A stretch of 64,000 bases of DNA from Bacteroidales bacterium (GTDB taxonomy: Bacteria > Bacteroidota > Bacteroidia > Bacteroidales > UBA4417), in assembly GCA_963665485.1 (NCBI GenBank), contig OY762227.1:688426-752425 (forward strand). The letters run 5' to 3'. Within the stretch, counting starts at the first letter, position 1; every line of letters begins with the position of its first letter. Of the stretch, positions 8,181-16,625 are shown one piece after another. Under the pieces are notes generated by a model, which was given only the letters and a program-made list of their open reading frames with translations, ran no database searches and was not told the origin of the DNA. The position numbers and the translations under genes are program-made.

Positions 8181-8254
8181 CTCCCCCTTCAGGACTTGAA
8201 CCTGAGACCCTCTGATTAACAGTCAGATGCTCTAACCAACTGAGCTAAGGAGGA
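8181..8254 (-). tRNA. tRNA-Asn (anticodon GTT)
   Basis: Manual cloverleaf:
- acceptor TCCTCCT/AGGGGGA (one G-U pair)
- D arm GCTC-AGTTGGTTA-GAGC
- anticodon arm TCTGA-CTGTTAA-TCAGA
- variable loop GGGTC
- T arm TCAGG-TTCAAGT-CCTGA
- discriminator G; CCA is not encoded. Confidence 0.93.
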
Positions 8255-8292
8255 ATGTTTGGTTTAGTGTTATTTCCCCTCGAAAGGGACCG

Positions 8293-8300
8293 CAAAATTA
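8293..8300 (-). promoter_or_regulatory. -7 box (TAATTTTG on minus strand) for tRNA-Asn
   Basis: Plus-strand caaaatta, 38 nt upstream of the tRNA 5' end. Confidence 0.4.
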
Positions 8301-8322
8301 CACATTCTATCGGAAATAACAA

Positions 8323-8330
8323 TATCTTTG
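8323..8330 (+). promoter_or_regulatory. -7 box (TATCTTTG) for the PfkB kinase gene
   Basis: Matches TAnnTTTG, 45 nt upstream of the ATG at 8376. Confidence 0.45.
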
Positions 8331-8375
8331 CAAAAAAAACTCAAATTCATTTAAATATTCTCTTAATACCCTCTT

Positions 8376-9302
8376 ATGAGTACCGTAATTGTTGGAACTG
8401 TAGCATTTGATAAAATTGAAACACCTTTCGGAAAAACCGATAAAATACTGGGGGGCGCTGCTACCTTTATCAGCCTCACAGCATCCCATTTTGCTGACGA
8501 TGTACATATTATTAGTGTTGTTGGCGGTGATTTCCCTGAAGAATATAGTAAACTGTTAACCGAAAAAGGTATTAATACCGATGGACTTCAGATTAAACCT
8601 GAAGGAAAATCTTTCTACTGGTCAGGCCGCTATCATACCGATATGAATACGCGGGATACCCTCGTAACCGAATTAAATGTACTTGCCGATTTCGACCCAA
8701 TTCTACCTCCTACTTGCCTTACACCTGAATTTGTAGTGCTAGGCAATCTTACTCCAAGCGTTCAGATGCGAGTACTTGACCAGCTTACTAAACGCCCAAA
8801 ACTGATTGTAATGGATACCATGAATTACTGGATGGACTCAGCATGGGACGACCTGATGAAGGTAATTGCAAAAGTTGATGTGCTCATGGTAAACGATTCT
8901 GAAGCTCGGCAGCTTACCGGCGAATATTCACTCGTGAAAGCAGCTCAGAAAATCCTTACCATGGGTCCCAAATACCTGGTTATTAAAAAGGGCGAACATG
9001 GCGCTTTACTTTTTCATGGTGAAAGCGTTTTCTTTGCCCCGGCCCTTCCTCTGGAAGAAGTTTTCGATCCAACGGGTGCCGGCGATACGTTTGCAGGTGG
9101 TTTTATTGGTCACCTGGCAAGCACCGGTGATATTTCTTTCGGCAACATGAAAAATGCCATTATTTATGGTTCTGCAATGGCTTCATTTACAGTTGAAAAA
9201 TTCGGAACCGAAGCGCTGCTTAACCTTACAAAGCAGGATATTTACGACAGGGTGAAACTTTTTGTGGATCTTGTTCAGTTTGATATTTCGCTGGTTGATT
9301 AA
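8376..9302 (+). CDS. PfkB-family carbohydrate kinase
   Basis: PfkB signature DPTGAGDTFAGGFIG near the C-terminus; 308 aa with a ribokinase-like layout. Confidence 0.85.
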   Translation: MSTVIVGTVAFDKIETPFGKTDKILGGAATFISLTASHFADDVHIISVVGGDFPEEYSKLLTEKGINTDGLQIKPEGKSFYWSGRYHTDMNTRDTLVTELNVLADFDPILPPTCLTPEFVVLGNLTPSVQMRVLDQLTKRPKLIVMDTMNYWMDSAWDDLMKVIAKVDVLMVNDSEARQLTGEYSLVKAAQKILTMGPKYLVIKKGEHGALLFHGESVFFAPALPLEEVFDPTGAGDTFAGGFIGHLASTGDISFGNMKNAIIYGSAMASFTVEKFGTEALLNLTKQDIYDRVKLFVDLVQFDISLVD

Positions 9303-9350
9303 TTCCAATTGGAAATAACTGATAACTTTTGTCAAAAAAATAGTTGAACG

Positions 9351-9370
9351 AAGCCGGAGAAATCCGGCTT
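9351..9370. terminator. Bidirectional terminator between convergent genes
   Basis: AAGCCGGA-gaaa-TCCGGCTT hairpin flanked by an A-run and a T-rich tail. Confidence 0.55.
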
Positions 9371-9391
9371 TCGCATTTTACCCTGGCGTTA

Positions 9392-9979
9392 TTATTTCAC
9401 AACAGGTAAACCGTTTTCTTTTTTAGGTGGCAATGATTCAACCAATTCCTTATACCAGGCCTCACCATATTTCCGGATAAGTGAATCTTTCAGGAAAACA
9501 TATAAAGGAACATCGTTTTTCTTCCCGTTCAAAAGTGCCGGTTTGCAGATATGCCATTCATTATAATTAACAGCATCAAAATCATTGTATTTACTGATTC
9601 GAACCGGGTATAAATGACAGGATATAGGTTTCTGAAAAGGAATTTTTCCTTCTTTCCAGGCTTTTTCGACAGCGCAAAGAGCTATCCCGTTTTCGCGGTA
9701 CACAAAGGCACATTCGCGGCCATTCACCAGTGGTGTCACATACATTCCAAACATATCATAATCGAACACCCCGGAGAGCTCTACCTGATCTACACCATCC
9801 TGAGTCATATACGGTTTTATCTCGTCGAAATAATCTTCAAGAATACTGATTTCTTCTTCATCCAAAGGTGCGCCTGCATCGCCGTCTACACAACATTGTC
9901 CCTTGCAGGCTGAAAGGTCGCAACAGAAGCGGATGCTTCCGAGCTCATCAGATATTAAGGTTTTATCAATTGCTATCAT
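9392..9979 (-). CDS. Cys-rich conserved hypothetical protein (DUF3109-like)
   Basis: The N-terminal motif RFCCDLSACKGQCCVDGDAGAPL and the 195-aa size match my recollection of the Bacteroidota DUF3109 family. This was not verified by a search. Confidence 0.5.
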   Translation of the reverse strand: MIAIDKTLISDELGSIRFCCDLSACKGQCCVDGDAGAPLDEEEISILEDYFDEIKPYMTQDGVDQVELSGVFDYDMFGMYVTPLVNGRECAFVYRENGIALCAVEKAWKEGKIPFQKPISCHLYPVRISKYNDFDAVNYNEWHICKPALLNGKKNDVPLYVFLKDSLIRKYGEAWYKELVESLPPKKENGLPVVK

Positions 9980-10012
9980 GCGGCAAAAGTACTGCTTTTT
10001 GGAAAATGAAAC

Positions 10013-10111
10013 GATGGAACGCGGATGAGGGAGAAAATACGGATGGCATAGGATTTTCTTTTCCCTTCGCCTTTCCCTAGTCTCCCTCAGCCCTCGACCT
10101 TTCGCTCCATC
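10013..10111. repeat. Imperfect ~100-bp inverted repeat (purine-rich arm / pyrimidine-rich arm)
   Basis: GATGGAACG (10013-10021) pairs with CGCTCCATC (10103-10111), and TGAGGGAGA (10026-10034) pairs with TCTCCCTCA (10081-10089), in nested order. Confidence 0.5.
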
Positions 10112-10153
10112 ACTCCCTCTCCTTCACTTCTTTGTCAATCTATTTTTTTTGGC

Positions 10154-10161
10154 TACCTTTG
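10154..10161 (+). promoter_or_regulatory. Possible -7 box (TACCTTTG) only 4 nt before the glyQS ATG
   Basis: Matches TAnnTTTG. The spacing would imply a leaderless or near-leaderless mRNA, or a coincidental match. Confidence 0.3.
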
Positions 10162-10165
10162 CCAC

Positions 10166-11686
10166 ATGGCACAAAACGAAGAAATTTTCAAAAAAATTAT
10201 TTCCCATTCCAAAGAGTATGGGTTTGTATTTCCGTCGAGCGAAATATATGATGGCCTTAGCGCAGTATACGATTACGGTCAGAACGGAGTTGAGTTGAAA
10301 AACAATATCCGCCAGTATTGGTGGAAATCGATGGTTCAATACCATGAAAATATTATGGGTCTTGATGCGGCTATTTTCATGCATCCTACCACCTGGAAAG
10401 CATCAGGCCATGTTGATGCTTTTAGTGATCCTTTGATCGATAACAGGGATTCGAAAAAACGATATCGAGCCGATGTTCTGGTTGAAGACCAGATGGCTAA
10501 ATGGCAGGATAAAATAGATAAGGAAGTTGAAAAAGCCGCGAAACGTTTTGGAGATACTTTCGATAAAGATCAGTTTGTGGCTACCAATGGCCGTGTACTT
10601 GAATACAAGGAGAAAATTGATTCGACGACCAAACGTTTTTACGGTGCCATGGAACGCAACGACCTGGCCGATGTAAAAAAACTTATCGAAGACCTGGAAA
10701 TTGTTTGCCCCATTTCCGGAAGTCGTAACTGGACCGATGTTCGCCAGTTTAACCTGATGTTCAGCACTTCCATGGGTTCGGTGAGTGAAGATTCAAATGT
10801 AATTTATCTTCGTCCCGAAACTGCGCAGGGTATTTTTGTAAACTACCTGAATGTGCAGAAAACCGGCAGGATGAAAATCCCGTTTGGAATCGCACAAACC
10901 GGCAAAGCATTCCGTAATGAAATTGTAGCTCGCCAGTTTATTTTCCGCATGCGCGAATTTGAACAGATGGAAATGCAATATTTCGTTCGCCCCGGCACCG
11001 AACTCGAATGGTTCGAATACTGGAAGACAGAACGCATGAAATGGCACCAGTCGCTGGGAATTCCTGCCGCAAAATACCGCTGGCACCCGCACGACAAACT
11101 TGCTCATTACGCCAATGCGGCTATAGATATTGAATTTGAATTCCCAATTGGATTTAAAGAACTGGAAGGAATACATTCGCGTACCGATTTTGATTTAAAA
11201 GCGCATCAGGAACATTCAGGTAAGAAAATTCAGTATTTCGATCCTGAATTGAACGAAAATTATGTGCCTTATGTAATCGAAACTTCCATCGGCCTCGATC
11301 GTACTTTCCTGGCTGTACTCAGTTATGCATATACCGAGGAAAAACTAGAAGACGGGTCGGATCGCGTCGTACTTCGTTTGCCTTCGATGCTGGCTCCAAT
11401 TAAATGTGCCATTCTTCCACTTGTAGCCAAAGATGGTTTGCCGGAAAAAGCGCGTGAGATCATGGATACACTGAAGTACGACTTCATGTGCCAGTACGAG
11501 GAGAAAGATTCAATAGGCAAGCGCTATCGCCGCCACGATGCCATTGGTACGCCATACTGTATCACAGTCGACCACCAAACGCTTGAAGATAATACCGTCA
11601 CCATCCGCGATCGCGATACAATGAAACAGGAGCGCATCCCGATTGAAAAAATCGGAGAATTGGTAAAGATTAAGATCAAAGGGTAA
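10166..11686 (+). CDS. glyQS: Glycine--tRNA ligase (dimeric class II type)
   Basis: 506 aa. The N-terminus KEYGFVFPSSEIYDGLSAVYDYGQNGVELKNNI and class II motifs (FRNEI..R, GIGLDR-like SIGLDR) support the call. Confidence 0.93.
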   Translation: MAQNEEIFKKIISHSKEYGFVFPSSEIYDGLSAVYDYGQNGVELKNNIRQYWWKSMVQYHENIMGLDAAIFMHPTTWKASGHVDAFSDPLIDNRDSKKRYRADVLVEDQMAKWQDKIDKEVEKAAKRFGDTFDKDQFVATNGRVLEYKEKIDSTTKRFYGAMERNDLADVKKLIEDLEIVCPISGSRNWTDVRQFNLMFSTSMGSVSEDSNVIYLRPETAQGIFVNYLNVQKTGRMKIPFGIAQTGKAFRNEIVARQFIFRMREFEQMEMQYFVRPGTELEWFEYWKTERMKWHQSLGIPAAKYRWHPHDKLAHYANAAIDIEFEFPIGFKELEGIHSRTDFDLKAHQEHSGKKIQYFDPELNENYVPYVIETSIGLDRTFLAVLSYAYTEEKLEDGSDRVVLRLPSMLAPIKCAILPLVAKDGLPEKAREIMDTLKYDFMCQYEEKDSIGKRYRRHDAIGTPYCITVDHQTLEDNTVTIRDRDTMKQERIPIEKIGELVKIKIKG

Positions 11687-11842
11687 CGCTTAAAAATTTA
11701 TACTACAAACGGGATAAATTTCCACGTTTGTAAAGTCCCAAAGCCCAAATTACAAGAAGTATTGCAGAGTAGTCCTTGGAATTTGGTTCTTGAGAACTGG
11801 GTCTTTGATTAATGCGAAATTTTGCCCCATGTCAGATATAAA

Positions 11843-11879
11843 AAAAAAGGTACAAAGTATATAACCTTGTACCTTTTTT
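11843..11879. terminator. Bidirectional terminator between glyQS and rplY
   Basis: AAAAAAGGTACAA / TTGTACCTTTTTT stem with an 11-nt loop. Confidence 0.6.
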
Positions 11880-11898
11880 AATGTAATATTAATCTGAT

Positions 11899-12474
11899 TT
11901 ATTTCGCTCCAGGCACAGCTGTAGGTTCAACTGCACGGGTCGAAGCAACTGAAATAACCAGGTTGCTCATAACTTCCAGAATTTCAATATTAGGAATCTT
12001 GATATCGCTAACCCTCAGGCTATCTTCAATTTCCATTTTCGAAATATTGATAACGATTTCTTCCGGCATATGCTCAGCAAGACCTTTTACTCTCATCTTG
12101 CGGAATTTTTTAACCAGTTTACCTCCACGTAATACTCCGGGCGAATTTCCTTCAACACGGATCGGAAGGCTTACAATAATCGGTTTTCCTTTAGTTACCT
12201 GCAGGAAATCGGCATGCAGAGTTTTATCCGAAACCGGGTGGTACTGAACATCCTGAAGGGTTGCGGTGAATTTTTTTCCTTCAATGTCAAGGTCAATCAG
12301 GAAAGTGTAAGGAGTGAAGATGATTGTTTCAAGCACTTTTTCCTCGATTGCAAAATGAAGTTCTTCCTTACCACCGTAAATTACGCATGGCACCTTGCCG
12401 CTGGCCCGGTTCATTTTCGCATCTTTTTTCCCTACGTTCGCGCGAAGCGAACCGCTCATAGATACTGTTTTCAT
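11899..12474 (-). CDS. rplY: 50S ribosomal protein L25 / general stress protein Ctc
   Basis: 191 aa. The N-terminus R..VGKKDAKMNRASGKVPCVIYGG is typical of L25/Ctc. Confidence 0.9.
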   Translation of the reverse strand: MKTVSMSGSLRANVGKKDAKMNRASGKVPCVIYGGKEELHFAIEEKVLETIIFTPYTFLIDLDIEGKKFTATLQDVQYHPVSDKTLHADFLQVTKGKPIIVSLPIRVEGNSPGVLRGGKLVKKFRKMRVKGLAEHMPEEIVINISKMEIEDSLRVSDIKIPNIEILEVMSNLVISVASTRAVEPTAVPGAK

Positions 12475-12500
12475 TTGATTTGATGTTAAATTGTTAATTA

Positions 12501-13436
12501 TTATTTGATGTTAAAAAGAGACGAAATTGATTCGTAATTGTGAGCCCGTTTAATAACATCAGCCAGTAATGTGGCTGTAGTTAGAACTTTCACCTTTGGA
12601 TTTTCGTGTTTCAATGGAATGGTATCGGTTACAATTACTTCGGTGAATGCTGATTTTACAATATTATCAAAAGCATCACCCGATAATATGGGATGAGTAC
12701 AGAAACCCCGTACACTGGATGCACCATTATCGATCATGATTTGTGCCGCCTTTGTGATTGTGCCGCCGGTATCAATAATATCGTCGAGCAACACAACATC
12801 CTTACCTCTAACGTCGCCAATGAGTGACATGGAATCAACCTGGTTTGCTTTTGAGCGCTGTTTATAGCAGATTACGAAACCTGTATTCAGTGCTTTGGCA
12901 TAGCTGGCTGCCCTTCGTGTTCCTCCTGTATCAGGTGACGCAAATACCAGGTTAGGAAGATTCAGTTTTTTGATATACGGTAAAAATATCGAAGATGCAT
13001 AAAGATGATCAACAGGAACATCAAAAAATCCCTGTATCTGATCAGCATGCAAATCAATGGTTATCATTCGTTGCACACCGGCTGCGGTAAGCAGATTGGC
13101 AATAAGTTTAGCTGAAATCGGAACGCGTGGTTTGTCTTTCCTGTCCTGGCGCGCAAATCCGAAATAAGGAATTACAGCGGTGATAGTCCTTGCCGAAGCA
13201 CGCTTGGCTGCGTCTACCATCAGTAAAAGCTCAAGGAGGTTTACTGCCGGCGGAAATGTGGATTGAACAATGTAGACATCATTACCCCGGAGATTTTCCT
13301 CAAAGGAGATAGTAAATTCACCATCACTGAAAACAATAACCTGAACTTCACCAAGTTTTGTTCCAAAGCTAAGCGCAATATTCTCGGCAAGGTAGCGAGT
13401 AGCCCTGCCTGAAAAAATTTTTACCTCATGTGCCAT
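12501..13436 (-). CDS. prs: Ribose-phosphate pyrophosphokinase
   Basis: DLHADQIQGFFDVPVD and the PRPP-binding loop VLLDDIIDTGGT. Confidence 0.93.
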   Translation of the reverse strand: MAHEVKIFSGRATRYLAENIALSFGTKLGEVQVIVFSDGEFTISFEENLRGNDVYIVQSTFPPAVNLLELLLMVDAAKRASARTITAVIPYFGFARQDRKDKPRVPISAKLIANLLTAAGVQRMITIDLHADQIQGFFDVPVDHLYASSIFLPYIKKLNLPNLVFASPDTGGTRRAASYAKALNTGFVICYKQRSKANQVDSMSLIGDVRGKDVVLLDDIIDTGGTITKAAQIMIDNGASSVRGFCTHPILSGDAFDNIVKSAFTEVIVTDTIPLKHENPKVKVLTTATLLADVIKRAHNYESISSLFNIK

Positions 13437-13462
13437 GTCCGGTGGATTTAATAATCGAGCTG

Positions 13463-13470
13463 CAAAGGTA
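13463..13470 (-). promoter_or_regulatory. -7 box (TACCTTTG on minus strand) for prs
   Basis: Plus-strand caaaggta, 27 nt upstream of the ATG at 13436. Confidence 0.45.
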
Positions 13471-13608
13471 TAATTTTTTTGTATTCTTCAAAGATATTTT
13501 AATGCCTCTTTCTGTATAATACTGATTATTAACTGTGTAAATATCGAATTAAATAAATGTCGTTAAATCATTTATGAAATTAGTATTGGCTCGAATGCAT
13601 TTGTAAAG

Positions 13609-13616
13609 TATCTTTG
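13609..13616 (+). promoter_or_regulatory. -7 box (TATCTTTG) for the exonuclease/GIY-YIG gene
   Basis: Matches TAnnTTTG, 21 nt upstream of the GTG at 13637. Confidence 0.45.
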
Positions 13617-13636
13617 AAGCCTTACAATACAGGATA

Positions 13637-14983
13637 GTGTACGCAATAATTGATATTGAGACTACCGGTGGCAACGCCAGCCGCGAACGGATTACTGAGA
13701 TAGCCATTTATGTTCACGACGGGAAAAAAGTCGTGAATGAATACTCCACCCTTATAAATCCTGAATGCAAGGTGCCTCCCTTCGTAGCCCGATTGACAGG
13801 TATTTCGGACGAAATGCTTGTTAATGCTCCGAAATTCTTCGAAGTGGCCCGCGACATCGTTGAAATTACCGAAGGCTGCACTTTTGTCGCACATAATGCT
13901 GCCTTCGACTATAGTTTCGTAAAACAGGAGTTTTTAAATCTTGGATATAAATACAAAAGACCAGTTTTATGTACTGTTAAAATGGCGCGTAAACTTCTGC
14001 CCGGGCATCCGTCCTACAGCCTGGGAAATCTTTGTAGTAGTTTAGGCATACAGATTACTTCACGCCACCGGGCTTCAGGTGATGCTTTAGCCACAGTAAA
14101 ACTTTTCGAGCGTTTGTTGAGTGTTGATCCAACTCTGAGCCAAATCCCTACCGACGGATTGCATCCTTCGCTTGACAGGTCTATATTCAGCAGGTTGCCC
14201 CTTACAGCCGGAGTTTATTACTTCCACGACGAGAACGGGAAATTGCTTTATATCGGGAAAAGCAAAAATATTCACGCCAGGGTTTTGTCGCATTTTCAAA
14301 ACAGTACTACCAGCAAAGCCATCGAAATGCGATCGAACACAGCAAGCATCAGTTTCGAAGAAACCGGAAGTGAACTAATTGCGCTCCTGCTCGAATCGGA
14401 TGAAATTAAAAAGCACAAACCGCTGTATAACAGGCTTCAAAGACGTACTCTTTATAAATATGGTTTGTATTCATTGTATCTTCAATCAGGCTATCGGATG
14501 ATACAGATTGAAAAAATCAAATCAACCGGGAAACCACATACTGTTTTTGCATCGTTTGACGAAGCTTTGGTTTTGGTTCATGAAATAGTTGCCAAATACA
14601 ATCTTTGCCAAAAATTATGTGGGCTGTATCAGAACCATGGCGCGTGCTTTCAGCATTCTATAGGACAATGTTCGGGAGCGTGCATTGGCGTTGAGCCAGC
14701 AGAAATATACAACCTAAGAGTGGACGCAGCTTTAAAAGAATTTCGCCACAAATGGACGGATATGGCTATTGTTGACCGCGGGCGTAATGAAGATGAAGTA
14801 TCGGTTGTACTTATCGAAAATAATGTTTTTGCCGGATTCGGATGGATGTCGAATGACGAAAGTATTAATGATCCTTCACGAATAAAGGATTTTATCAAGC
14901 CATACAGCGATAACCGCGATGTTCAACAAATCATCAAAGGTTTTCTGAATACAGGCAGAGCGTTAAAAATTATCCGGTTCTAA
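13637..14983 (+). CDS. DEDDh 3'-5' exonuclease (DnaQ-like) fused to a GIY-YIG nuclease domain
   Basis: Exo motifs DIETTG, AHNAAFDYSF and HRASGDA, then GIY-YIG GVYYFHDENGKLLYIGKSKNIHARV. The gene has a GTG start. Confidence 0.8.
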   Translation: MYAIIDIETTGGNASRERITEIAIYVHDGKKVVNEYSTLINPECKVPPFVARLTGISDEMLVNAPKFFEVARDIVEITEGCTFVAHNAAFDYSFVKQEFLNLGYKYKRPVLCTVKMARKLLPGHPSYSLGNLCSSLGIQITSRHRASGDALATVKLFERLLSVDPTLSQIPTDGLHPSLDRSIFSRLPLTAGVYYFHDENGKLLYIGKSKNIHARVLSHFQNSTTSKAIEMRSNTASISFEETGSELIALLLESDEIKKHKPLYNRLQRRTLYKYGLYSLYLQSGYRMIQIEKIKSTGKPHTVFASFDEALVLVHEIVAKYNLCQKLCGLYQNHGACFQHSIGQCSGACIGVEPAEIYNLRVDAALKEFRHKWTDMAIVDRGRNEDEVSVVLIENNVFAGFGWMSNDESINDPSRIKDFIKPYSDNRDVQQIIKGFLNTGRALKIIRF

Positions 14984-15267
14984 AACGGACAGGTTTTCCC
15001 TTTTTGGCACTTTCTTATAAATTTTCTTTAGTATCTCTCGGGATTAAGGTATCCTTAACAAAATAATATTTAAATGTAAGTTATTCTCTTTCTGATTGTT
15101 AAAAGGATTACTCCGGTTTGATTTCTACGCATCATAAGTTTTTCCCTCTTCACCTTATTTTTTAGCATGATTTTTATTCAAATGTACTAGTATCTGTTGC
15201 TCATAAGCAACTCAAAGAAATTTCTTTTGGCAAAGGGAAACACAGTGAAATGCTGTGATGTGAAAAA

Positions 15268-15298
15268 GGCGGGTGGAAACTCCCGCCATTTTTTTTGA
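15268..15298. terminator. Bidirectional terminator (serves adk on the minus strand)
   Basis: GGCGGG-tggaaact-CCCGCC, with an A-run upstream and a T8 run downstream; 19 nt beyond the adk stop. Confidence 0.6.
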
Positions 15299-15316
15299 TG
15301 AACAACCAGGAGATGG

Positions 15317-16486
15317 TTACCGCATATTCTTAAACCCGTTTTCCATCGCGGCCGAAATGCGCGTAAATACTTCACCAAATGTACCCAAACCATCAATCTT
15401 GATAACTCCGTGCAATTGGTTGTATTTCTGAATAACAGGAACTGTTTTGGTTTCGTGTTCCTGTAGCCGCTTTACAATTTTGGCAGTACTGTTATCGTAA
15501 GGCATGCAATTATCTGTTTTGCTTCTTTCATCGAGCCGGCTGATCAGTTCCAGCGTAGGAACTTCGATCTCTATAATTTTTGAAATGGATGAACCGTATT
15601 TTTTCAACAAACCATCCAGGATGTATGACTGTACCAACGTGCGGGGAAATCCTTTGAAGATAAATCCTTTAACGCCTTTGGAGTTAGCCAGTTTCTTTTC
15701 GATAAGCTGAACCACAATTTCATCGGGTACCAGCTGTCCGTTTTCGTAGAGATCAGTGATTTTCCGGCCTGTTTCGGAATTAGACGCAATTTCCTGCTCA
15801 AGCATAGCACCTGTGGCCACGTATTCAAGCCCAAATTCCTTTGCGAGCGCTTTGCCTTGCGAACCGCGACCTGAACCAGGGTAACCAAAAAGTACAATAT
15901 TGAACAGACTTTTACTCAACTCATGGTTGATGATTTTTGTAATAGCAAGGTTAACATTTTCGATACTGTCGATACCATTCACTTCCACATAAATGCCTTT
16001 ATCCCGGTAAAACTGAAGAACGGGCAAAGTTTTTTCATTGTATTCCTTCAGGCGGTTACGGATAACTTTCTCGTTGTCGTCGCTGCGGCCTGAGGTTTTA
16101 CCCCTGTTCAGAAGCCTGGCTACAGATTCCTCTTCCGGAACCGTAAGGCTAATCAGGCAATTTAACGAGGTATTCAGTTTCAGCATCAATCCCTCAAGGA
16201 TGTAGGCTTGTATATAGGTACGCGGGAACCCATCAAACAAAAATCCATTGGAATCAGGATTATCAGTAATTGTTTTTTCAATAATCTGAACGATAATTTC
16301 ATCACTTACCAAACCACCGGAAGAAATACTGCTCTGTGCCTCCAATCCCAGCCTTGATTTTTCGGCAATCTCTTTTCTTAAAAGATCACCGGTTGAGATG
16401 TAAAAGAGATTGTACTTGCTGATAAGGAATTCTGACTGTGTTCCTTTTCCTGCGCCCGGAGGGCCGAATAACGCTATATTCAACAT
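15317..16486 (-). CDS. adk: Tandem (two-domain) adenylate kinase; the second domain is degenerate
   Basis: Domain 1 has FGPPGAGKGTQ (16439-16465), GDLLR, DGFPR and GRSDD. Domain 2 has FGYPGSGRGSQ (15860-15886), GAMLE, KGFPR and SKTDN. The likely start is M14 of the track ORF (16486), giving MLNIALFG. Confidence 0.8.
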   Translation of the reverse strand: MLNIALFGPPGAGKGTQSEFLISKYNLFYISTGDLLRKEIAEKSRLGLEAQSSISSGGLVSDEIIVQIIEKTITDNPDSNGFLFDGFPRTYIQAYILEGLMLKLNTSLNCLISLTVPEEESVARLLNRGKTSGRSDDNEKVIRNRLKEYNEKTLPVLQFYRDKGIYVEVNGIDSIENVNLAITKIINHELSKSLFNIVLFGYPGSGRGSQGKALAKEFGLEYVATGAMLEQEIASNSETGRKITDLYENGQLVPDEIVVQLIEKKLANSKGVKGFIFKGFPRTLVQSYILDGLLKKYGSSISKIIEIEVPTLELISRLDERSKTDNCMPYDNSTAKIVKRLQEHETKTVPVIQKYNQLHGVIKIDGLGTFGEVFTRISAAMENGFKNMR

Positions 16487-16580
16487 AGTGGCTTGGTTAT
16501 AAAATATGGTTATGAATGAATTCAACCCGGGGTTTGATATGATCTGACCTCCAGGAAATTGTTATTCAAAACTACAAAAA

Positions 16581-16606
16581 AAAGCTGCCTTATTCAGCGC
16601 AGCTTT
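16581..16606 (-). terminator. Terminator after the ferritin gene
   Basis: AAAGCTGC / GCAGCTTT stem. Read on the minus strand it is followed by a T8 run. Confidence 0.6.
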
Positions 16607-16625
16607 TATAAATATTTTCGGAAAA

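Noticed and set aside
9868-10080. The 70-aa ORF spanning the DUF3109-like gene start and the repeat-rich spacer.
   Set aside because: It overlaps a real gene on the opposite strand, and its 3' half is translated from the pyrimidine-rich inverted-repeat arm. It is not credible coding sequence.
15187-15396. The 69-aa minus-strand ORF across the adk terminator.
   Set aside because: It reads through the terminator hairpin and overlaps the adk 3' end out of frame, with no supporting motif.
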